From the NCBI GenBank assembly GCA_965207225.1, contig CBDBLV010000005.1, forward strand, positions 1,184,001 to 1,248,000: DNA of 64,000 nucleotides, given 5' to 3'. The stretch comes from Dehalococcoidia bacterium (GTDB lineage Bacteria > Chloroflexota > Dehalococcoidia > Plut-88900). The notes beneath the pieces are model-generated. The model saw only the letters and a list, made by a program, of their open reading frames with translations. It was not told where the DNA came from and did not search any database. The position numbers and the translations under genes are program-made. Shown in pieces: positions 56,461-64,000 of this stretch (the first letter of the stretch is position 1; each line of letters begins with the position of its first letter).

Positions 56461-56892
56461 TTAGGCGTCATAGGTAGGAAGCTGCACCACCGCCCGACCG
56501 TTTTTCAGCACCCTTGTCCCGTGCTGGTTTTCAATCCAAAGTTCGCACTCCACAACCCTGTTTCCTTTCTTCTCCACCACGCTTCCCCTGCAAGTCAATG
56601 TGTCCCCCGGAAATACGAAGTCCCCATACCTGAACGACAGCCGTTTAAGTGTCGCCTCCACCCCCGCCCAATCCACGACAAGCTGGGCCAGGTATCCGCC
56701 CATCTGCTGGCCGTCCAGGAACTGCTCCTGCATCCCCTTTCCCTTCGCGTAGTCCATGTCGTGGTGATACCGATGAAAGTCCCACGTTGACGCCGCATAC
56801 ATCACCATGCTGACCGTGGATATCTCCTTGACCAATGCCGGAATCTCATCTCCCACCTCAACGTCCTCAAACCGGACCCCGTTCTTACCCAT
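56461..56892 (-). CDS. MaoC-family acyl dehydratase
   Basis: FEDVEVGD, YA..TWDFH..H.D, VFPGDTL. Confidence 0.85.
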   Translation of the reverse strand: MGKNGVRFEDVEVGDEIPALVKEISTVSMVMYAASTWDFHRYHHDMDYAKGKGMQEQFLDGQQMGGYLAQLVVDWAGVEATLKRLSFRYGDFVFPGDTLTCRGSVVEKKGNRVVECELWIENQHGTRVLKNGRAVVQLPTYDA

Positions 56893-57388
56893 CCCCACTC
56901 CCCTCATCCCGAAATATCATCGTCTCATGGTTCACCGCCAGCAGCTCACCCCGTTGGTTCGTATAGGTGATGTCGTACTCCAGGAAATACAACGTGCCCG
57001 TCCGACCCTGCTTCTCCCGCACGTTGATTACCTTCCAGTGGGCAGTCAGCACGTCGTCGGGTCTCATGGGTTGAAAGAACTCGTAATCATTCGCCGCCCG
57101 GATCTCCATACCGACCGGCAGCCCGAACCGCCCCGCCGCCCCACCCGTTTCGTCCACCTCGCCCACCATGTACTGCAGCGTCTCGCACACCAGCGTCGGC
57201 GGAGCGATTATCCCTCGATGCCTTGTCCCCGATGCATACTCCTCATCGAAATACAGCGGGTTCATGTCCCCCTGCGCCTGTGCAAAGGCCCGTATCCCAG
57301 ACCTCCCAATCTCGTCAGGAGAGGTGATACTCATCTCCCTCCCGACCATCTTCTTCAGTTCTGTTAGAACCTGGCTTTCCTCGGTCAC
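56885..57388 (-). CDS. MaoC/FAS1-like dehydratase N-terminal subunit
   Basis: IR.FA.A.GD.NPLYFDEEYA....IIAPPT, TNQ.GE. Confidence 0.85.
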   Translation of the reverse strand: MTEESQVLTELKKMVGREMSITSPDEIGRSGIRAFAQAQGDMNPLYFDEEYASGTRHRGIIAPPTLVCETLQYMVGEVDETGGAAGRFGLPVGMEIRAANDYEFFQPMRPDDVLTAHWKVINVREKQGRTGTLYFLEYDITYTNQRGELLAVNHETMIFRDEGSGDG

Positions 57389-57485
57389 AACTCCTCTTCT
57401 CACTCTCGGTGAGTATACACCTCCGATTGCCCTCCCCCGCGCCCCGTGTTACCTTGCATCCACACCCCTCCACGGAGGCCCGACC

Positions 57486-58823
57486 ATGACCGATTACCTT
57501 GATCAGCTCTCCCAGTTCGTCTCAGATACCACCTACGACTCCCTCTCACCCGAGGCCCAGGCCGCCGCGAGGGACGTCATCATGGACACCTTTGGCGCAA
57601 TCATCGCTGGCGCTCAGCTCCCGGAAAACCGTGCCCTTGCCAGCCTCGCCTCCCAGCGCTCCCAACCTCCCGCCGCCACCCTTCTCGGGCACAACCTCAA
57701 GGCCGAGCCCATGTTCGCAGCCCTCGCCAACTCCACCGCCGGAGTAGCCCTCGAAATGGACGAAGGCAACCGCTTCGGCGGCGGCCACCCCGCCATTCAC
57801 ACCATCCCCGGGGCCCTCGCCGCAGGCGAAGAGATGGGCGTCGACGGTAAGAGGTTCATCGAAAGCGTCATAGTCGGCTACGAGATAGAGTCCCGCCTCG
57901 GCGGCGCCACCAAACCCCGCGAAAACGTACACTCCCACGGCCACTGGGGCACGGTCGGTACAGCCGCCGCCATTGCCAAACTTCGCTGCTACGAACCGAA
58001 CCAGGTACGAACCGTCATCAACCTCGCCGCCTCCATGAGCCCCGCCAACACATGGACCACCGCCTTCCGAGGCGCCACCATCCGGAACCTGTACCCCGGC
58101 CGCTCGTCTTTCCAGGGCATCCTTGCCGCCCACCTCTACGATTGCGGCTTCACCGGCCTCCACGACGCCCCATCCGACGTCTTCGGCACCATCCTCGGCG
58201 ACTCCTTCAACCCCGAGGCTGCTGTCCAGGGCCTCGGAGGAGAGCTCCGCATCCAGCAAAACTACTTCAAGTTCCACGCCTGCTGCCGCATTAACCACGC
58301 CTCCATCGAAGCCGTCCTCGACGCCCGCTCCCGAAACGGCCTGGATCCAGACTCCATCGAACGTATAGACCTCCGTGCTCATCGTATGCTCGATGGTATG
58401 CTCGGCCCCTACCCCGACAACGTCCTCGCTTCCAAGTTCCACGTCCCCTATGCCATCGCCGTCACCCTCTTCGAAAACAAGACTGACATCACAGTCTTCC
58501 ACCCCGACGTCATATCCAACCCCAGGATCCAGGAATTCGCTTCAAAAGTGAATGTGCAAATGGACGATGAACTGGCCGCCGCCCCCGACGGCTCCACCCT
58601 CGCCAGGGCCGCCATCCTCCTGAAGGATGGCACAACCGTGCACGGAGAAACGGCCACCCTATGGGGTGACTACGGCAACCGCGCCCCCCGGTCCCGACTC
58701 GTGGACAAAATCCACTTCCTCTGCGATGACATCCTCGGCCAGGAAGGCGTCAACCGCCTGGTTGAATGCACAGAGAAACTGGACGAGTTGCAGGACGTTC
58801 GGGAGCTTACCAACTTCACCTAG
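57486..58823 (+). CDS. MmgE/PrpD family protein
   Basis: A.AN....ALE.DEG, GHP, GYE, YFK.HACC...H, KF..PY. Confidence 0.88.
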   Translation: MTDYLDQLSQFVSDTTYDSLSPEAQAAARDVIMDTFGAIIAGAQLPENRALASLASQRSQPPAATLLGHNLKAEPMFAALANSTAGVALEMDEGNRFGGGHPAIHTIPGALAAGEEMGVDGKRFIESVIVGYEIESRLGGATKPRENVHSHGHWGTVGTAAAIAKLRCYEPNQVRTVINLAASMSPANTWTTAFRGATIRNLYPGRSSFQGILAAHLYDCGFTGLHDAPSDVFGTILGDSFNPEAAVQGLGGELRIQQNYFKFHACCRINHASIEAVLDARSRNGLDPDSIERIDLRAHRMLDGMLGPYPDNVLASKFHVPYAIAVTLFENKTDITVFHPDVISNPRIQEFASKVNVQMDDELAAAPDGSTLARAAILLKDGTTVHGETATLWGDYGNRAPRSRLVDKIHFLCDDILGQEGVNRLVECTEKLDELQDVRELTNFT

Positions 58824-60433
58824 AACGGCGCAGGCATCTGCCCCAGCGGAACCTCTATCAACACCGGCTTATCCAGGTCGACCGCCTTCTTTAGCGCCAA
58901 CCCCAGTTCCTCTGGCGACTCTGCCCTCATCCCCACCACCCCGTATGCCTCCGCCAGCTTCACGAAGTCCGGGTTCTGCAACTCGGACCCGATCACCCGA
59001 CCGTTGAACATCTCCTGCTGGTCCCGGAGAACGTTCCCATACGCCCCGTCATTGAAAACTATCGCGATAACGTTGATACCGTATTGCGCCGCCGTTGCCA
59101 GTTCCTGCGAGTTGTACAGGAATCCCCCGTCTCCGCACGGCGATATAACAACTTTGTCCGGCTGTGCCACCTTCGCCCCGAGAGCCGTCGGATAAGCAAA
59201 CCCGAGATTCCCCGCGTACGATGAAGTGAAATACGTCCTCGGCTCGTATGCCTGGAAGTACGCCCGGGAGTAATACCCGACCTGCGTCATGTCCGGCACC
59301 AGGATCCCATCCTCCGGCATGCAATCACGGATCGTCCGAACGAACCCTCCCAGCGGCTCGATCTGGTTCGCGGGGTCATATCGCAGCCCCCTTAACGTCT
59401 CACACTCCTCCCTGCGCGAATCTGCTTGCGGCCCCGCCTCCCGACACCCCGCCAGTATCTTCTTCAACGCCAGCTTCGCATCCCCCGCTACACCCACCGT
59501 ATCCGCGTGGTTCCGCCCGAGTTCCTGCTCGTCGATATCTATCTGTACCACTCTCTGCTCTTCCAGCGCTTCCACACCGGCGAACCTCGTCCCTACCGCT
59601 AGAATCACGTCCCGCTCCCAGAAGTACATCCGCAGTGCATCCCGGATCTGCCCCGTGGATCGACCCCTCGTCACCCCCACGGACAGATAGTGCCTGTCCG
59701 AAATCGCACCCTTGCCCTCAGGGGTCGTGATTACCGGCGCCTGTAGGTACTCCGCCAGTTCCAGCAATTCCTTGCTCGCCCCCGAGGAAATCACCCCTCC
59801 CCCCGCCCAGATTATCGGCCTCTCCGCATGCATCAACACCGTCACCGCATCCTCTACCTCGTCCTTCTCCGGCGCGGACGTCTCGTTTTCCGCAGGCTTG
59901 CACAGCTCTATGTCCGCGACCTCCGCTAGAGTCTCCGGCGGTATCTCTATCTCCACCGGGCGCGGACGGCCGTTCTTCAGCTGCCTGAACGCCTCCTGCA
60001 CCGTGCTCGGCACTTCGACTGCATTCATGATTCGGGCGTTCCACTTGGTCACCGGGTCAATTATGTCCAGCTGGTCGTTGACTTCGTGCAGTATCCCCAC
60101 GTCCCGACCAATGTTCTTCTTGTTTATCTGCCCCGAGATCAGCAGCACCGGCGACGAGCACGCATACGCATTTCCCAGCCCTGCACCCGCGTTCTGGAGC
60201 CCGGGCCCCGGCACCACCATCGCCGTCCCGATAGTGCCCCCCGCCCTCGCATATCCGTCCGCCATGTACGTTGTTCCCTGCTCATGCCGGGTCGTGATGA
60301 ACCTGATTTCGGGGGTGTCGTACAGTGCATCCATCGCGTGGTAAAGCTGCACCCCCGGCAAGCCGAAGATAACCCTCACCCCTTCGTTATATATCGAGCG
60401 GACCAGTGCCTGGCCCCCCGTCATTTCCGTCAT
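58820..60433 (-). CDS. Thiamine-pyrophosphate-binding enzyme (acetolactate-synthase-like / decarboxylase)
   Basis: FGLPG, RHEQ...MADGYAR, GPG, GDGGF...N. Confidence 0.9.
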   Translation of the reverse strand: MTEMTGGQALVRSIYNEGVRVIFGLPGVQLYHAMDALYDTPEIRFITTRHEQGTTYMADGYARAGGTIGTAMVVPGPGLQNAGAGLGNAYACSSPVLLISGQINKKNIGRDVGILHEVNDQLDIIDPVTKWNARIMNAVEVPSTVQEAFRQLKNGRPRPVEIEIPPETLAEVADIELCKPAENETSAPEKDEVEDAVTVLMHAERPIIWAGGGVISSGASKELLELAEYLQAPVITTPEGKGAISDRHYLSVGVTRGRSTGQIRDALRMYFWERDVILAVGTRFAGVEALEEQRVVQIDIDEQELGRNHADTVGVAGDAKLALKKILAGCREAGPQADSRREECETLRGLRYDPANQIEPLGGFVRTIRDCMPEDGILVPDMTQVGYYSRAYFQAYEPRTYFTSSYAGNLGFAYPTALGAKVAQPDKVVISPCGDGGFLYNSQELATAAQYGINVIAIVFNDGAYGNVLRDQQEMFNGRVIGSELQNPDFVKLAEAYGVVGMRAESPEELGLALKKAVDLDKPVLIEVPLGQMPAPF

Positions 60434-60478
60434 CCAATTCTCCTCTTTGTTAGCAGTTTATTAGTGGCAACCCCCACC

Positions 60479-61624
60479 CTACCCCGTCGCCAGGTTGTAC
60501 AACCTCGCGCAGTTGTCCCACAGCACCTTTCTCTTGGTCTCATCACTCACCTTGTCATAAGCAAGGAATGATTCGACCGCGTGTGGATAGCTTGAGTCCG
60601 TGTGGGGGTAATCGGTCGACAACACTACATTATCATCCCCAATCTCGTCCACCAAGTGATGAAGCAGCTCCCCGTCCGTCTCCGTCGACACATAGCACTG
60701 CCTCACGAAATACTCGCTCGGCATCATGTCCAGTTGGACCTCCTGGCTGTCCCCGTACGTCTCCCACTGGTCGTCCAACCGATACAGCGCCCACGGCGCC
60801 CAGGAGCAGTTGCCCTCTAGGAACGCCATCCTCAACCGTGGAAACCTGTGCAGAAGACCTCCGGCAGTAACGCTCCCAATTGCCAGCATCAACGGTATCG
60901 GAAACGAAAACGCGTGCACCAGCACCAGGTTGTTAGGATGGTCCCGAAACCAGTTCCCCGGGTTCCGAGCCGCGTACCCCTGCGACGTATCGTGAAACGT
61001 CACCGGAATGTCCATGTCCTGCAGGGTCGTCCACAGCGGATCGCATTCCGGGTCGTGAAACATCCGGTTGTCCACAAACGTTGGTAGCAGGGTCACCGCA
61101 GCCATACCCTGCCCCTTCACGCACCTCCCCGCCTCCCTCACCGCCGCCGGGATGTCGTTCAACCCCAGTATCCCCGACCCCTTCAACCGTTCCCCATCCA
61201 CCGACGCAAACTCCGATAGCCAGTTGTTGAACGCCCGACAAATAGCAAACGTATAGTCGGGGTCCTGCCCGTCCACCTGGATTGCCATCTGCGCAAACGT
61301 CCTGAAAAGGATCGCAACGTCTATCCCCTCCACGTCCATCGCCCTCAGCGTCAATTCCGGCGTGTAACCGTGCTCCATCTCCTCCGCATATACCACCGCC
61401 ATCCGGTCGTCCAGGTGCTTTCGGGACACCATCTCCTTCTTCATCCACTCCTCGGTCACGGGAGCATCCACCTTCACCACGAAGTCCTTGTGCCCGCTGT
61501 CAGGCCGCGCCATCCACACCGGCGCCCGTTCCCGATACCTGGGTTCGAGATATCTCTCGTACAGGTCGGGTGGCTCCATCACGTGGAGGTCGCTGTCGGC
61601 TACAAGAAATCCGTCTCTGGACAT
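60479..61624 (-). CDS. Amidohydrolase_2 family protein
   Basis: DSDLHV.EP, AFN.WL, FP.LR..FLE, STDYPH. Confidence 0.88.
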   Translation of the reverse strand: MSRDGFLVADSDLHVMEPPDLYERYLEPRYRERAPVWMARPDSGHKDFVVKVDAPVTEEWMKKEMVSRKHLDDRMAVVYAEEMEHGYTPELTLRAMDVEGIDVAILFRTFAQMAIQVDGQDPDYTFAICRAFNNWLSEFASVDGERLKGSGILGLNDIPAAVREAGRCVKGQGMAAVTLLPTFVDNRMFHDPECDPLWTTLQDMDIPVTFHDTSQGYAARNPGNWFRDHPNNLVLVHAFSFPIPLMLAIGSVTAGGLLHRFPRLRMAFLEGNCSWAPWALYRLDDQWETYGDSQEVQLDMMPSEYFVRQCYVSTETDGELLHHLVDEIGDDNVVLSTDYPHTDSSYPHAVESFLAYDKVSDETKRKVLWDNCARLYNLATG

Positions 61625-61708
61625 GGTTAAGTGTCTGAGCGCGTTCAGGATAGAGAGAGCATTATACTTAATGCCCCCGGCACACGTTGTATGGCTGAGT
61701 AAGAGCGG

Positions 61709-62938
61709 CTAGCTGCCGAGAGTCTGCGAAGGAATAGCCTTCTTAGGATCGACAAACGGGATCGGCACTATCGCAGCGTCCACGGGCCCGTCGCCCGGCA
61801 GCACCGCCTTCAGCTTGGTACCATCCGCCGTCTTGTCTATCGGCATCATCGCCAGCGCTATGTTGCAGTCCAGCCTCGGCGAGAAGAACGCACTCGTGAT
61901 GTATCCCACCTCGTTCTCCCCCGACTCATCTTTCACTATGAAATAGTCCGGGTTGTACCAGGTAATCGGCGTCCCCCCCATCGCCAGGCCAACCATCCTC
62001 TGCTGTATCCCCTCTTCCTTGATCCTTACCAGCGCTTCCCTGCCGATGTAGCCTTCCTTCTTGAAGTCAACCTGCCAGTCCAGGTTCACCTCGAACGGGT
62101 TTGTCTCGATGTCCATGTCCTGGCCGTAGGACAGGATCGCCGCCTCCAGCCGACGCACGTGGCTCGGCGCTATAACGTGCAAGTTGAACTCCTCGCCCGC
62201 TGCCAGGATCGTGTTCCACATCTCGTCCGAGTTGTCCACGGCATCGTGCAGGTAGATTTCAAACCCCACCTCCGCCGAGAACCCCGTCCTCGATATGTCC
62301 ACCCGGAGCCCGTTCAGGTCCGTCTGCCAGATCGTGTAGTACTTCATGTCCAGGATCCCGGGCCCGAACAGCTTCTGCATCAGCTGCACCGACTTCGGAC
62401 CCTGGATCTGCACCGGCGAGATGTCAACCTCGCTGATGTCCACGTTGAACTCGCCCTTGCAGTTCACACCCTGGCACCACAACAAAACATCCGAGTCCGA
62501 AATGCTGAACCGGAACTCGTCCTCTGCCGTTCTCAGCAGCACCGGGTCGTTGATGATCCCGCCTTTCTGGTTGCACAGGATTACGTAGCGGGCCTTGTTT
62601 ACCGGCAGTTTTGAGTACACGTCCCTCGTAATGACCCGGTCGACGAACGCCGCCGCATCCGGCCCCTTGACCTGGATCTGCCGCTCTACCGCCACGTCCC
62701 ACATCGTGACATGCTGGGTGATGTACTCGTACTCCTTCATAAGCCCGCCGTCCTCGGGCTTTACGTACGCCCGAGGGTGGTACGTGTGGTTATACGTCGC
62801 GAAAGCCCAGGCCCCCGCTTTTACCGCCAGGTGCCAGTAAGGCCCCTTCCGCAGGCGAGTAGTTATCTTGATTTTCGCGTCCACGTCGCCGCTCTGCCTC
62901 ATGTTCAAAGGCAGAGTTCGATTCTTCAATCGCAGCAT
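61709..62938 (-). CDS. GcvT-family folate-dependent aminomethyltransferase (DmdA-like)
   Basis: YNH, WDVAVERQ...GPDA, GGIINDPVLL, SRTG...E.GFEIY, R.EA..LSYG.D. Confidence 0.85.
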   Translation of the reverse strand: MLRLKNRTLPLNMRQSGDVDAKIKITTRLRKGPYWHLAVKAGAWAFATYNHTYHPRAYVKPEDGGLMKEYEYITQHVTMWDVAVERQIQVKGPDAAAFVDRVITRDVYSKLPVNKARYVILCNQKGGIINDPVLLRTAEDEFRFSISDSDVLLWCQGVNCKGEFNVDISEVDISPVQIQGPKSVQLMQKLFGPGILDMKYYTIWQTDLNGLRVDISRTGFSAEVGFEIYLHDAVDNSDEMWNTILAAGEEFNLHVIAPSHVRRLEAAILSYGQDMDIETNPFEVNLDWQVDFKKEGYIGREALVRIKEEGIQQRMVGLAMGGTPITWYNPDYFIVKDESGENEVGYITSAFFSPRLDCNIALAMMPIDKTADGTKLKAVLPGDGPVDAAIVPIPFVDPKKAIPSQTLGS

Positions 62939-62998
62939 TTGACCAGCCCTTCCGGTCGATATCGACCGCGGAATGTCCGGGCGCCGAGGCGCCGGCCC

Positions 62999-64000
62999 TT
63001 AGTTGAGGAACCCGTAGAGCTTCCCGGCATTCTCATAGACCAGCTTGTGTCTCATCCCTGCGTCCAGCTTGCCCAAATTGCGATCAATCGTCTCCCTGGA
63101 ATCGGGCCACACACTGTCTGCATGTGGGTAGTCCGACCCCCAGAGCACGTTTTCAGTTCCAACCGACTCTATGACGTCCGCCGTCAATGGCTCATCCTGG
63201 AACGTCGAATACCCGTGTTTGCTCCAAAGTTCGCTGGGCATCGCGCTCAGCCCCAGCGGGAACAGCCTGTCCTCGTATTCCACGTCAATGCGGTGAAGTA
63301 CATACGGAAGCCACCCGATGCCGCACTCCCCGAGCACGAACTTGAAGTTCGGGAACTTGTCGCACGCCCCCGACAGCAGAACGCTCGTCATGAACTCGGG
63401 CCCCGACAACTGGAACAGCGTGTACATCAGCCCCAGCGAAATCGTCTCGTACCTCTCATCCGCCCCCGACTCCGGCTGCCTGTAGTTCAGCCCGACAGTG
63501 TGGAAAGATATCGGCATGTTGCACTCACCCGATGTCTCCCACAGCTCATCCCATTCCTCCTGGTAGATCGGCGACGAAGCGCTTGACACGTTCATTTCCG
63601 CGCCCTTCAACCCAAGGTCCGCCGCCCTTCTCAACTGCTTTGCCGCCACCGAGGGGCTGTGACTCGTTATGCATGCCAGCGCTGCCAGCCTCTTCGGATT
63701 TACCTTGCAAAAGTCGGCAGCCCATTCGTTGTATATGTCGTAGACGCAGGTAAGGGCCTCCGGGCCGGATAGCCCTCCCTCAGCATCCGAAAACCCCGTC
63801 GATACCCCCAGGATTCCGTATATCACCTCCGCCTCGATTCCGTCCGCATCCTGGTCCTTCAGCCTCAACTCGGGCGTACTGGGATGAAATCTCCCTGCAT
63901 CCGCATCGGAGAAGAACCCCATCTCTTCCATCCTGTCCAAACGCTTGGACTTCCCCGGCTGGTACGGTTCGTATGACCCGGTCAGCGCCCCCGCCGCCAC
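62999..64000 (-). CDS. Amidohydrolase_2 family protein (5' end outside the window)
   Basis: D.DG..AEVIY, YN.W, FH, FP..K..L.E.GIGW, WGSDYPH. Confidence 0.88.
   Translation of the reverse strand: MAAGALTGSYEPYQPGKSKRLDRMEEMGFFSDADAGRFHPSTPELRLKDQDADGIEAEVIYGILGVSTGFSDAEGGLSGPEALTCVYDIYNEWAADFCKVNPKRLAALACITSHSPSVAAKQLRRAADLGLKGAEMNVSSASSPIYQEEWDELWETSGECNMPISFHTVGLNYRQPESGADERYETISLGLMYTLFQLSGPEFMTSVLLSGACDKFPNFKFVLGECGIGWLPYVLHRIDVEYEDRLFPLGLSAMPSELWSKHGYSTFQDEPLTADVIESVGTENVLWGSDYPHADSVWPDSRETIDRNLGKLDAGMRHKLVYENAGKLYGFLN

Noticed and set aside
9432-63586. Many long antisense or alternate-frame ORFs (e.g. 11981-13174, 16436-17785, 47745-49001)
   Set aside because: Shadow ORFs of well-supported genes in high-GC DNA, with no motifs.

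Overview
High-GC bacterial chromosomal segment, most likely Chloroflexota, Dehalococcoidia (SAR202-like). This is inferred from the expanded luciferase-like monooxygenases, amidohydrolases, CaiB/BaiF CoA-transferases and MaoC dehydratases. Housekeeping genes (gdhA, gatCA, leuS, leuCD, selB, hemW, ychF, mscS) are mixed with many paralogous catabolic enzymes, one IS481 element, two orphan antitoxins and dense clusters of REP-like palindromes. The main observations follow. (1) Three dispersed copies (about 5.9-6.5, 36.3-36.9 and 45.07-45.48 kb) of an apparently non-coding, promoter-driven structured element: a conserved 5' domain, a long-range GGCGATGG...CCATCGCC helix enclosing a variable 169-434 nt insert, and covarying 77-79 nt modules. 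Two of the copies are followed by phased TTCAATCAA arrays. (2) A low-GC, translationally coupled three-gene island (GHKL ATPase, small helical protein, sigma70-r4/winged-HTH protein) that looks like an uncharacterised defence-type system. (3) A repeat family with fixed flanks and a sequence-variable but palindromic core, one copy carrying the IS481. (4) A switch in strand skew and repeat orientation at about 44.37 kb, coinciding with a gene truncated by a repeat. All calls come from reading the sequence by eye; no searches or computations were run.
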